From contig LSRY02000009.1 of NCBI GenBank assembly GCA_001643675.2, forward strand, positions 310,001 to 374,000: 64,000 nt of DNA, written 5' to 3'. This DNA is from Monocercomonoides exilis PA203. Lineage: Eukaryota; Protista; Preaxostyla. Within the stretch, counting starts at the first letter, position 1. Each line of letters starts with the position of its first letter. Shown piece by piece: positions 47,691 through 60,283 of this stretch. The position numbers and the translations under genes were made by a program. The notes below the pieces were generated by a model. That model did no database searches, had not been told where the DNA came from, and saw nothing but the letters and a program-made list of their open reading frames with translations.

Positions 47691-48917
47691 CAAAAAGCAA
47701 TGGTATTTAAGCATTCATATAAAATTCGCATTTGTTTGGACAGAAGTAATAGATGATATATAAAACACTCAAAATTGCAATCAAACTATGTGCGGCGGCA
47801 CCACTCTTCTTTCACTCATTTGCATTTTTAGAAAGTTACAAAAGCAAGAGTGAGTTTGAAATATTAACTTTTGTTATAATGGATTCAATGATCAAAATGG
47901 CTTCTTTGAACTGAAGAATAAATATGCAAAATAGGTGGTCGATGAGTGAACATTTGCTGCAGATTTAATAATGTTAATTTCGATGTCCACATGTATCGCT
48001 GGAAAACAATGCCAATGATGAAATTTTGATAAATAATCTATGAAATTTGATGGCCAATGAAATGCAACAATTTCATCAATAACGCAAAAAGACGTAATGT
48101 ATGTTATTTTTATTGTTCTATATGTTGTGAAAATGTTTCCGTCTGTATCCTTTCCAAAGTTTAGGAATCCGAATTATTGTTGAAATGGCCAATCTCCGCT
48201 TTGTTGAGCAAGACAATGAGAACGGAGCAGATTATTGTATAGCCATTGGGAAATAAAGGAACTTACACAAGATGCATGATTTTCAAAATTTTTATTTGGA
48301 ACAAGAGGTGAAAGCAAATTCAACTGAAGTTTTATTGAATGAAGACAAAAGAGGATGGAATTCTGTGAAGGACAAAATCTTCACAAAATTATATAGAATT
48401 CAGGAACATAAGGCAGAGGGAGCAGTTTGGATATTTCTGGAAAGGAAAGTGAATTGCAGAATGGAAAGCACGATAAAAACAACGAAAAAGGAAAGAAAGC
48501 AATGCAAAGAAATAAAACAAGATAGAAGCGGAATTAACAGGAGTGAGACAACTATTTCTGCTTTTGGAATATGAGCCTGCCTTTTGGAAAAATTTTTAAA
48601 AACCGAGAATAGTTACTCCTTATCATTTCATTGAAATAGATGAAATGAATATCAGCAGCTTCTGTTTCAGCCCATGCCTTTGAAAGGATAACAAAATTTG
48701 AAAGGATTACTTCAACCACCTTCCATTTGGTGCCTTTATTGGATTTGATAAACGAGCAGACAGAAGTCTTGGAACTTTGGTACCACAGCCCACTTTTGAT
48801 GATATGAAATGGCAATGCTCTTCTATGCTTTCTACTTCATCGTTATCTTATCATCATTTTCTTCTTCTTCTTCAATTTCTCCTCCTCTTTCACCAACAAC
48901 TCTATCTTCATATCTTC

Positions 48918-49012
48918 CTTCTTCTTCTTCTTCTTCTTCTTCTTCTTCTTCTTCTTCTTCTTCTTCTTCTTCTTCTTCTTCTTCTTCTTCTTCTTCTTCT
49001 TCTTCTTCTTCT
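48918..49012. repeat. (TTC)n microsatellite within a decayed poly-Glu coding relic
   Basis: Seen directly; homologous tracts at ~52780-52860 and 56930-57121. Confidence 0.9.
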
Positions 49013-50106
49013 TTATTGTCCTTGAGAGAGGATGTCTCCTGTCTTTCGCTTTTCTTCTGCAATAGCATCCAACTCTTCCCAGTACAAACTCCATCTCCCA
49101 ATGAACATTCATTCATCACTCACACAACACAACAGCTCCAGAAACGCCCTCTGCTTCTGCAGATACAAAATTCGAGCTGTGGCTGAGGCCAATGAATATT
49201 TCTTTGCTGTGATAAGAAAAGAAAAACATAAAATTTAGTCAAATAAAAAGAATCAAATGGTAATGCTTCAAATTTTCCTCGAGTTTTGTTGCAATAGGAA
49301 AAGAACTGAAAATATTCGACTCCACTTGATTCACACTTTTGTCATTGTTAACTTTTGTGTTTTTCATTTTTTTTATGTTCAAATCGTAAATTGCATGAAT
49401 GACAACTTTTATTAAAACGTGGAATATTCATCATTTGGGGCAAATTTTTTTGTTTTATGAATTTTGTTCCACACAGTTCTTTCAAAGATTTTTTTCGATT
49501 ATTTATATTTTAATATTTAATATTGTATGATAAAGTTAGAATTATAATCATTCGATTGCTGATAAAATTTGGAACAAATAATTGAATTTTTCATAAATGA
49601 AAGAATTCTGTCCCATTTTATCTGCAAAAATTCACGTTTTGAGCAATTTGTGGTGTGTTTTTTGAAAAGAAAATCAAAAATTATTTCGTTTCAACTGCAA
49701 CAATAGTAAAATAGTTGAATATAAAATATAACAAAAAAGGATTCGTTTATATTTTTCATTAAATTTTGGTTTTTCCAAATAAATCCAATTCATAATTTTT
49801 TCGACAATTCAAACGATTGAAAACAGTGTATTTTCATCAGTCAGCGTAGATTGATCATTTTTCAATCACACTTCATTTGAACTTTCTTCTCCAATTCAAG
49901 ACAAAAAAACATATTCGAGCTTTGGAAAAAGGATAGCCTTCGATTTCATAACGAAAAAAAAAAAAGAAAAAAGTGAAAAGTAAAAAGAAAAAGAAAAAGA
50001 AAAAGAAAAAGAAAAAGAAAAAGAAAAAGAAAAAGAAAATAAAAAAAGGAAAAGGAAAAAGAAAAACAAAAATTCAGAGAAACAAAATGAAAAGAGCACC
50101 ATTTCC

Positions 50107-51555
50107 TCAAATATTCGCAAAATAATCAAAAATGTTCAATAATAATCCACAATAATATCCTTCGTTTTGATTAACAAATATTCCATGAGAGCTAATGAAA
50201 AAGTCTTCCAGTCCTTCTTCTTCCATCTTTTCAAAAACCTTCCTTTTCGTTGCCTTTCTTTCCTCTTCTTCCATTTCATCATCCTCCTTTTCTTTCAATC
50301 GACTCGAAACAAACATAAAGTAATGAAAGCTTTCGCATGCAAAATTGTCACGCAATGTGTGCCTCTGAAACTCTTCCAAAACAGCGTTAACAGTTCCCCC
50401 TTTCAACAGGTCTTCAATTTTCATGGCTTCATTCTCTGCTGCCACACTTAGTAAATAAATGCAATACAAGCCCACATATTTGCGATTAGCTGTTGCTGTT
50501 CGAAAGATCTGAGTAATTATGTTGATAAGTTTGACAAATTCTTCAGTCCTCAATTGGCAAACGCGAAAATAATGCCCCAAACATTGAAGCCATTCAATTA
50601 AAATATATTCTTCTTTTCCTTCTTTTTCTCCTCTTCTTTCTTCTTTTCTCTTCCAACAAATATATTTTACGAGCTCTTCCAGTTCCTTTATAGCCTCTCT
50701 GACAAAATGCAACTCATTTGTATTAGGACCTTCCAAAGATTGATCGCTGAAAAATCGGTTTATCAAAAAGTCCCAAGCAGACTGATATGCAAGTTGTGTC
50801 AGATTGTGATGTTCCTGATGATACAGGATAATTTCTGTGATTTCCTTCAAATACATTTCTTTTTTTATTTCCTAATAACAAAATTGCAAGAAATTCAAAA
50901 ACGTTTAAAATGAAGAACAGGTTTTCATACAAAATAGTAGCATATGTTGCTCAAAGCAAGTAAAGCCATTTCCATTTCTTTTTGAGTTTCTTCATTTTCC
51001 TCTTTCTTCGAGGTAACTTTCAGAAGGCTGGGCACACATATTAAAATTAATTCTTGTAGGAAATCGAAGCTCAAAGATATGAAGCATTCACAAAGATAAG
51101 CTAAATGCTTTTCGTCCTTTTCTTCTTTTTTCTTTTCTTCTTCAATAATCATCTTCTCAAATCTTTTGTTCAACAAAGATTTTTCAAAATGAAAATTCCA
51201 AACATCTTTCAGAACATTGCAATATCCAACATGTTTCAGCAACAAAATTGCATTTCGCAACGAAAGTTTCTCTTCTTCAATCATTTCGAGCATAATATTG
51301 AACAGTTCTTCTGAAAAACCAGATTCAAATTTATCCTTGTTCATTTTTCTATTATTTCATTTATTTCATCGATTTTCTGTTTCTGTTCTTCTTCATCACA
51401 ATGTTCCAGTTCAGAAAACAATTCTTCAATAAAAAAAGATAAAAATTGTAACAAACATGTTTCAAATACAACAACAATAACAAACCTGTAACTCTTTTTG
51501 ATGTGTCATTCAACTGAATTTTCAAAAACGCATCGCAACCAGAAAACAATTTCAT
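50107..51555 (-). CDS. Lineage-specific multicopy helical protein, copy B (one homopolymer frameshift at ~51345)
   Basis: Same motifs (ELFSELEHCDEEEQKQKI, KEENEETQKEMEMALLAL, YHQEHHNLTQLAYQSAW, KMEEEGLED). GAA AAA TGA lacks one A to read into MNKDKF, so this is a pseudogene or a sequencing error. Confidence 0.7.
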
Positions 51556-52899
51556 TTTGCCATTCACATTGAATTCGCATATGTTTGGATAAATGAAACA
51601 GATGAAAAATAAAAACTCAAAAATTGCCTTTAAAATATGTGCGTTCACACAGTTTCTTCTTGTGTTTGCATTTTTGGCAATGTATTAAGAAGAGAAACAA
51701 CGTTTTATTTTTTATTCGGTTTGCTATTATGGAGGTTGTGATCGAATTGTTTTCTTTGAACGAAAATATTTCTTGTTAAAATGAAAGATTGAGCAATAAA
51801 ACTCTATTTCATTCTTTATTCAATTAATTCCGGTGACTTTGCGCTTCCGTGAGATGATATATTCTTTTTGATTTATTGATGCACTATTTTTTTCACATTT
51901 GAGCGGTCAAGCAATCTCAACAACAAAAGTTATTGAACGTTTTAAACTTATTGTTTGCATTCTTTTATTGTCCTATTTTTTAAAATGTATTTCCATCTGA
52001 ATCCTTTTCAAAGTCCGGAAATATCACGAATTATTGAAATGGCCAATTCTTTCTTTTCGGGGCAGACAACAATGGAGAGAGCCAAATATTTCCTTACAAA
52101 CATCATGCATTTGATTCTGGTTGGTTTTTTATTTACAAAAATATTCACCTATAATTGTTGACACAAAACGAAATATGTGGAAATACAATGAAAAACGAAT
52201 ATTAATTGAAGGGAAATTTACAGGGTTGAAAGACGTCCAAAGACAAAAAGGAAGAATGATCAGTTTCTATGAAAAGAGAGTCCTTTTTAGAATATGGAGA
52301 GGATATCATCAAAAAAATTTTTGATTGGAGATATTGGAACAAATAACAGAAACAGGAGATTGGATGCAGTTGGAACAGAACAAGGCGACTCTCTTGGGAT
52401 GAGATGGACAAGGCGTTGATATTATGCGCTGGGAATAACAATGGAACTGCTTTTCATTGCTTGGCTGAAGAGCCTAAAATACGAGAAAATCAGGCAGCTT
52501 GGTGTGATACAGGAAGCAGGAGGCAAATGACAGGCAAAATGGATTTGATTCATAAAACCTTCATCTTCAGCCTTATGCCATCGAAGCGTTACCCACACGA
52601 GCAGATGAGGTTGTGATGTTGAAAATATCTTCTGTCTGAAGACATCCAACATTTTATATTTCAATAACGACTTCTTCATCACCTTTTGCATCGTCTTCAT
52701 CTTCTTCTTCGCCATCATTGTTTTCATGTGCGCCTCCACAGCAAATGCTATTCTAATTTTTTTTTATCTTGTCCATTATACTCTTCCTCCTCTTCCTCCT
52801 CTTCCTCCTCTACCTCCTCCTCTTCTTCCTTTTCTTCTTCTTCTCCTCCTCCTCCTTTTTCATTTTTCTCTTCTTTGTTGTCATCCATCAATGCATTGT

Positions 52900-53900
52900 G
52901 CAGTTTTTCTGGATATGCATTTGAGCTGCTTAACTCTTCCACAGTGGCACATCCCACTCTGCTTCAGCATTTCATATGGCTTCTGTGCACAGGCTGTGCT
53001 GAATTGGGTGAATGGGAATGAGAGAGGGAAGAAGCTGCCAGCAATATCTCACGCATGCTCTCGTTTTGGAAACTGCCAAGGAGCAAAGAGAGAGGAATAC
53101 GAGTTCAAGTGGAAGAGGCAAAGAAGGTGGATTTCAGAAGCAAATTGATCGAAGAGCAGAAGAAATGGAGACAGCAGGAAGAGCCAAAGACGAAGTCGAA
53201 CATGCACTACGAGTTTTGCACATCGCAAATTGCACTTTCGAACCACGACAAGAACAGGCGGCAACTGAAAGGAGGAGGAGGGACAGGAGAAGAGAAGTAG
53301 GAGGTGATGATGAAGACGAATTGCAGCAGACATTCTGCTTGTTCAACAGCGCACTCTCATCTGCCCAGCTGCACACTCAAAACATCACAGCCTCCTCAAC
53401 ATTTGCTACTCCTCCTTTTTCTCCCTTGCTCCACACCCAATTGTCTGCCCCTTCTGTTCTTGTTGGCTCTCCACTTAAGCCCCTCGCACCGTCGCCTCCT
53501 GCCGCCCACTCCTCTTCACTCACACAGAAGTCCCTCTGCACATTCAGCCCAAGCTCCGCTGCTTTGTCGAACATGCCTTCATTTTCCTCCTCAAACAATT
53601 CATTCATTGGGTTCTATCGCTCTCGAAATGCTGCAGCCAATGGAAGTGCAAGGAATCGCAAAAAGGGAAACAGCAGATAGCAGACGATCAGGCGAATCCC
53701 TTCTCTTGGTGTGAATTGAATGACTCAAAAACAACTGGAACATCATCATCTGCAACTGATAGAGTTTCAAGCGGAGGGGCGAATAACATGCATAATCAGA
53801 CATCTGGAACAATTTCAGCCAAATGAAGTTCATTTTGTGATTTGTTATTGTTTGAAATTTTTTTTCGACCTGTTTGATCGAAAATGTGAAAAATATTGTG
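52900..53900 (+). pseudogene. GC-richer decayed coding fragment of unknown family
   Basis: 222-aa ORF 53012..53680 with coding-like composition but no recognisable domain; flanked by broken frames. Confidence 0.3.
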
Positions 53901-54487
53901 AAAAAATAACAAAAAAGAATTAACAAACATTGTGAAAGGAACAATAATATTTTATCACCAAGTGCTTTTCTATTTCGATTGCTTTTGTTGTAATTAAAAG
54001 AAGAACATGATTTTTCAGCAATTATTAATCAAAAATAAACTAAAAATCTTGTAAATTATTCATCTAAAGTTTTTTTTTTTTTTTTTGGTTTTGTTTTTAA
54101 AAACAAATATATCTGATTCATTAACAAATGCACTTACTGACAAAAAAATGTATTTTCTTGAAACATATTAGAAAATAAATTTTTTAAGAATTATTCTGAA
54201 AAGACTGTCTTCATTCCAATCAATTTTTTTTATTCCAATAAAAGGTATTAATGAAAAATAAATATTGATAATTTGTAAAAGCTATTTTCATTCGAATAAA
54301 TCAATCTATTCCAACTCCATCTTATAAAAAAAGAATCGAAAAATAAATAACAAAAATTATTAAAATAATAAAATTAAAATTAAACCAGAGAGAGCGAGAA
54401 AAAGGAAAGAAAGAAAAAGAAAGAAAAAAAGAGAAAGAAATCAAAAATTGAACTTCCGAGACACAATTTGTAACGAATCTCATTTCC

Positions 54488-56091
54488 TCAAATACTCACA
54501 AAATAATCTGAAATATTCAACGGTAATCCACAAAGATATTTTCTGCCAAGAAAAGAAAATATTCCACGATAGCTTGTGATGGCATCTTCGTATCCTTCTT
54601 CTTCCATCTTTTCAAGCACTTTTCTTTTCAACCCTTTTCTTTTCTCTTCTTCCATTTCATCTTTTTTCGCTTCGTCTCTCTCTTCTTCCTCCTCTTCTTC
54701 CTCCTCTTCAACCTTCTCTTCGTCTCTCTCTTCTTCCTCTTCTTCTTCCTCCTCTTCAACCTTCTCTTCGTCTCTCTCCTCTTCCTCTTCTTCTTCCTCC
54801 TCTTCAACCTTCTCTTCTTCTATTTCGTCATCCTCCTCTTCTTCCTCCTCTTTTTTCAGTCTTTCTGAAATAATCACACAAAATATCAGGGCATAACGTG
54901 AAATTGTATCGACCAATGTTTGTTGATGAATCTCTTCCAAAACAGCATCAACAGCTCCGCCTCTCAGCAAAGCATCAACTTTCACATTAAAATTTCCTGC
55001 TGCATGTTTAAAAAAATAAATGCACTGTTTGCGAATTTCTCTGTTATGATCACTTGCCTCTCCATATACTCTTGCAATGCTTTCAATAATCACAGAATAG
55101 TCTTCATTCCATAATTCGAAATCGAAAAAATAATCCATCAACGTTTGCAGCCATCGAATCAAAAGAAGCTCTTCTTTTGTTTCTTTTCTTCTTTTTTCAT
55201 TTTCTTCTTCTTTTCTCTTCCTATCCACACATTTTGACAGATCTTCAATTTCTCTTCTTGCATCTTCCACAAAATGAAGTTCATTAACAATGGCCGCTAC
55301 CAAATCCTCATCGTAAAAAGATCGAAAAATCAAAAACAGCCAAGCAGACTGATACGCAAGACGAGTGAGATTGCCGCATTTCTGGTGATATTGGATAATT
55401 TCTTTGATTCCATTCGCATACAGCTCATTTTTCACATCCTTAGAAATTAGGAAAAAATCAAAAATACCAAAAAGGAAATAGAAACGTTCACACATTATAT
55501 AATTCAATGCAACTCAAAGCCAGCAAAGCAATTTCCACTTCTTTTTGAGTTTCTTCATTTTCCTCCTTCGACAATGCGACTTTCAAAAGACAGTGCACAC
55601 TTATTTCAGTCACTGTTTCTGGAAGGTCCATACATTCGTATTTTAATGAAAGATAACATTCACAAAGATCTGCCAGTCGCTTTTCGTTCTTTCCTTCATC
55701 ATTCTCTTCAACAATCATCTTCTTTATCTTTTCCTTCAAAAAAGATTCTTCAAAACCATAAATCGTTACATACTTCAGTGTGTTGTTGAATCCAACATGC
55801 TTCAATAGCAAAATCATATTCTCTGCAGGTAATTTCTTTTCTTCAAACATTCTGCATATTTTGTCAAACACTTCTTTTGTGAAAACAGATTCGAATTCTT
55901 CCTCATTCATTCCATCAATCACTCCCTTCATTTCTTCTATTTTCTGTTTCTGATCTTCCTCATCGCAATCTTCCAGTTCGCATAACAATTCTTCAAAAAC
56001 AATGAAAATGGAAAAAATGCAATAAGCAAAAATTCACTTGCAATAACAATTGCAAACTATTGAACATTTTTGTGTTGTCTGTATCCTGCAT
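54488..56091 (-). CDS. Lineage-specific multicopy helical protein, copy C (3 exons) with internal acidic tandem repeat
   Basis: ATG 56091 (MQDTDNTKMFN|KLLCELEDCDEEDQKQKIEEM), CLLKVALSKEENEETQKEVEIALLAL, YHQKCGNLTRLAYQSAW, KMEEEGYED. Confidence 0.75.
54670..54820. repeat. 3 x 48-bp in-frame tandem repeat encoding EEKVEEEEEEEEEERD
   Basis: Seen in DNA and in the 54488..55507 translation. Confidence 0.9.
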
Positions 56092-56929
56092 TTTTTTTTT
56101 AAAAATATAAATTGTTCAAGAAAGCAATAATATTTCAGCCATTCACATTGAATTCGCATACGTTTGGGTTGAAGAAAAAGATGGAAAATAAAAACTCAAA
56201 ACAATCAAATAAAACATGTGTGCTCACACTGCTTTTTCTTTTGTTGACATTCTGGCCAAGCGAATATGGAGAAAAACAACGCTTTTTCGATTTATCTTTA
56301 TTTGTTATGGATTCAATGATCAAATTGTTTTCTTTGAACGAGATTATCCATTGGAAAGATGAGAGATTGGCGAAAGAATATATTCTGCAGAATCAATTGT
56401 ATTATTTCACATGCAAACGTCAATCACTGGAAAAACATTGCGAACGATGAAATTCATTCAGTTTATTTTTGGAAATCGGAAGACAAACGAAATGCGAAAT
56501 TTTAAATTTTTAATGAAAATATCAGCATGTGTGTATTTTGTATTTATCTATATAATGTGAAGATGTTTCTATCCGTATCCTTTCCAAACGGAAGAAATCA
56601 GACTTGTTGTTGAAATTGACAATCTTATCTTTGCAGAGCATGAAGATGAGAACGGACCCGATATTTTCACTGCGATTGGAGATGAAAAGAATTTATAAAA
56701 AGACACTTTACCCTAGTCTTTGGGCTATATTGTCAAAGCATTGTCTGCTGGAGCAGAGAATGTGGTTGTGATGTTGAGAATATCTTCTGTTTGAAGACAA
56801 CCATCATTAAAGATTTCAATAAGATCTTCATCTTCTTCATCATCACCTTCGTCGAAGCTATCATTGTTTTCATATGCACCTCCTTGGCAAATAAAATTTA
56901 ATGTATTTTTTCCTTTTTGGTCATTATCT

Positions 56930-57121
56930 TCTTCCTCTTCCTCTTTTTCTTTTTCTTCTTTTTCTTTTTCTTTTTCTTTTTCTTCTTTTTCTTCTTTTTC
57001 TTTTTCTTCTTTTTCTTCTTTTTCTTTTTCTTCTTTTTCTTTTTCTTCTTCACCTTCTTCTTCTTCTTCTTCTTCTTCTTCTTCTTCTTCTTCTTCTTCT
57101 TCTTCTTCTTCTTCTTCTTCT
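56930..57121. repeat. Compound (TTTTTC/TTC)n microsatellite
   Basis: Seen directly; encodes poly-E/EK on the minus strand. Confidence 0.9.
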
Positions 57122-57249
57122 TTATTGTACTTGAGAAGGGATGGCTCCCGTCTTTCGCTTTTCTTCTGCAATAGCATCCAACTCTTCCTTCTATTTCTCC
57201 TTCGATTTCTTCTTTGATGATATTCTTGTTTGGTTGATGATAAGAACAC

Positions 57250-58020
57250 CTTTTTCCTATTAGAAAATTTGTTGTTTGAATAGTCGTCATTTTCTCATGT
57301 TGAAATATGGAATGAGTCTTCATTTTTTTTGTAGTTATTTGAAATTCCTTGAACTTTTTTCAATGCTCGGGTGAAATCCACATTTCCTTTTTTCCGATTG
57401 AATGAACTTGTTTGCATATTTTCAATCAGGCTGAAGTGCTTCTTGTTTGTGAAAAAACAAAAATGTAACTCTTACACTGTTGGCTCGCCTTTGGAACTTA
57501 AGCAAACTCTCTCATCTTCAATGCATTAGGTGTTTTCACTGGTTGCTGTTCACACTTTTGAAGAAGATAATTTCGTTAATCTTCATTGCGATCTTCTTCT
57601 TCTGCTTCTTCTCCATTTCCCTATTTAACAAGACTCTTATGTGTCTCAGTTGTCGTTCTCCACGGTTGTAACTCTCTCCCGGTCAAAGATATCACAAAAG
57701 AAAATTATGAAAGCTCAATCCGTTCAACATTGTTGCTCGGATTTCACTCATATCATGGAACTGTGAAGGATAACACACCGGGTTTCACATCCACCGATCA
57801 GTCGATGATGGACTTCTTGCCACTTTCCCTTTGACAATCTTTATTTCTCTGCAATCCACATTGTTCTCAATTGTTGCATGTGGAAAGTGAATCAGAATAT
57901 TTCCTCTCAAAATGCAACAACCTCCATGTCCTCTTCCATTCCTCATCTGAAGGCACTTTCTGCGACTCCAGAACATTCTAAAAAGTCCGAAAAGATCTCG
58001 TGCTTCGTGTGATACAAAAG
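57250..58020 (-). pseudogene. Possible decayed tyrosine recombinase (DIRS-like) relic
   Basis: Minus strand reads VLSFTVP*(R?)/MSEIRA (~57735-57780, resembling the box I 'FTxLRxxE' motif), then QQPVKT (CPV-like), then KTHSIFQHEKMT (~57290-57323, resembling box II 'HSIRHA.MT'). Many stops and frameshifts. Confidence 0.35.
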
Positions 58021-58057
58021 TCACCTCTCATTGTATCATCTTTTTTCTTTTTCGTTT

Positions 58058-58090
<33 letters not shown>

Positions 58091-58207
58091 CGAGAATGTT
58101 TTTTAAAAAATAATTCATTCCATAGAAGAAAAAATGCAACAAAAAACATAATCAAACATGACTTTATTAAGGGTAATCATTAATTGAAAGAATAAAAGGT
58201 TTGGAAA

Positions 58208-59440
58208 ATGGATAAAGAAACCTTTGAATCAATTGAGCTTAATGTTCCGCAAGCAATAAGGGAATTTGTTGCGCATTTGCCAGAGGATCTAAAGAAGAAA
58301 TGTATAAGCCTCTTTTCAAAATTCTCGCCATCTTTGCCAATGCCCGCTGAATTGGACAAATTTTCAGAATCACTTGGCGTTTTGGAAAAAGCGGATTTTT
58401 GGAAGGCTGTGTCACAAGTTCAGGCTCAATCGACTAATGCTGTTCCATTGCCAAGTTTGCCCACTTCTGATAACATTTGCGCATATCCTGCTGCGCCACC
58501 GAATCTCGAGGGAGTTAACAGTTCAGTGCCAGTTGCAGATGAAGTTCGTTGTGATCCTCCCACCAATTTAGGAGCTGCTGCCCCGAAGAATAAATGGGAA
58601 TTAAGCTTTGTTGCACCAATTATTGACGAAGAAGGTGTTCCTTCTCGGCAATTCTTTTCTCAGCTAATGAAAGGAGAAAAAGCGGTAAAAGAGCCGGAGA
58701 AAGAAAAAACTCCATTTTTACGTTCGACAGACGTTCAGCGCGAAGTTGCCAGGAAATCAATAGAGAATGACACTTTTTCAAGTGACAAATGCCTTGATGA
58801 GGATCAGAAGGCAGCGATAACAGGACTTAAGCGAGTTTGGTCAACGGAGAAGAAAAGAGTTGCTTGCAATAAACGATTTTGTCTCACATCATCAAGCGTT
58901 CAATTATTCTTTATGTTGATGACTTCGGCTGGATTTATTGTTTTAATTGTTGGATTAATCATTTGGGGGAATGCCGGAACGATAATGGTTGCTGCTGGCG
59001 CGTCTTTTGTTGGTATAAATTTAATAGTGTATTGTTGTGCAAACTTAACTGGTTGCACTCGTTCATTGAGTGAAATGAGAGACCTGTCGCGGAATGAATT
59101 TTCGAGCGAATTGAAAGAGATCATGAGTCCGTGTGTGGAGCAGAGAGTGAAAGACTGGAGGAGGAAAAAGGAATGGAGATGGCTTTTGACAAGTGAAGAA
59201 AGGAAGATTGAAGAAAAGATTGATAAAGAGGAGGAAGAAAGAAAGAAAAATGAAGAAAAGGAAAAATTAAGTCGCGAGGCCGCAATTGAAATGGAAAAGA
59301 TGGTGGTGAAACAAGTGATGACAGCTGGCACAGGTGGGCCGGAAAATGTTGAGTTCTCAAATCAAGCGTACAGCGCTTCAGTGGCTGTGGAAGTGGAAGT
59401 GGAATCAAGAGCAATTCAGAAAGAAGATGAATACGTTTAA
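58208..59440 (+). CDS. Hypothetical 410-aa membrane protein with two adjacent TM helices and C-terminal coiled coil
   Basis: Intronless ORF with ATG; hydrophobic LFFMLMTSAGFIVLIVGLIIWG and TIMVAAGASFVGINLIVYCC. Confidence 0.75.
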   Translation: MDKETFESIELNVPQAIREFVAHLPEDLKKKCISLFSKFSPSLPMPAELDKFSESLGVLEKADFWKAVSQVQAQSTNAVPLPSLPTSDNICAYPAAPPNLEGVNSSVPVADEVRCDPPTNLGAAAPKNKWELSFVAPIIDEEGVPSRQFFSQLMKGEKAVKEPEKEKTPFLRSTDVQREVARKSIENDTFSSDKCLDEDQKAAITGLKRVWSTEKKRVACNKRFCLTSSSVQLFFMLMTSAGFIVLIVGLIIWGNAGTIMVAAGASFVGINLIVYCCANLTGCTRSLSEMRDLSRNEFSSELKEIMSPCVEQRVKDWRRKKEWRWLLTSEERKIEEKIDKEEEERKKNEEKEKLSREAAIEMEKMVVKQVMTAGTGGPENVEFSNQAYSASVAVEVEVESRAIQKEDEYV

Positions 59441-60283
59441 GTTTCACAAACTTGCTTTGTTTTTGAAATTTTTTCTTGTCGTTTTATATTTGTCAACTGT
59501 TAAATTTGAGTGTGTGTGTTGTAATGTTGAAGGACATTTGCATGTTTGCTTTTATTTAATTTTGAAATGCGTTCTTGAAGATAATACTTTTTGTAATGAG
59601 AGTTTTGGTTGATTTTTAATTGATGATTTCTTTTGAGATGTTTGTATCTTATATTTTTTATTTCTTCTTCAAAGAAAACATTTCATTATTGTTTTTGTAA
59701 TGCGAACGTATTCATTTATAGTTGTTTATATATTAATTTTAAATTTTATTTTTATTTTAAAAAAGAAGATTATTTTTTTTTTCATCATTTTGTGAATTGT
59801 GAAATTGATCAGTCTATTCATATAAATCGACTATATTCAAACAAAAGATCTTTTTCAATTATTAGCTAATGCTTCGTATTTGTGTTTTCTTCTTTAATCA
59901 AAATCAAATTCATCAAAATGTTAAAAGAAATTGGTTATTGGTTCGATTTAAGTCTTATGAAAACTGTTCATCAATGCATTACCGTTTTTTTTTTTCTTTC
60001 TTTCTTTCTATCTCAATCTCTCCTTTTTTTTTTAATTATGATTATTAAACTGTTTTCTGTTGTTGTGTGCTTTACAATTATTTGAAGTTACGGGCACATT
60101 TATGGCAGATGCATATTTTTGTAATTAAAAAAAAATTCATAACACAAATAAGACAAATAAAATAGAAGTGAAAGCGAAAATTATCAAAAGAAAATAAAAT
60201 CTATTTAAAAAATATTTTTGAAGAAAATCAAAAATCAAAAATTATCATTGTTAATGTTATTGTTATTCCTCGTAACTTCTTTC

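Noticed and set aside
48777-49186. Poly-L/S/K/E ORFs in several frames (also 45874-46174, 56864-57323)
   Set aside because: Products of microsatellites and homopolymers lacking stop codons.
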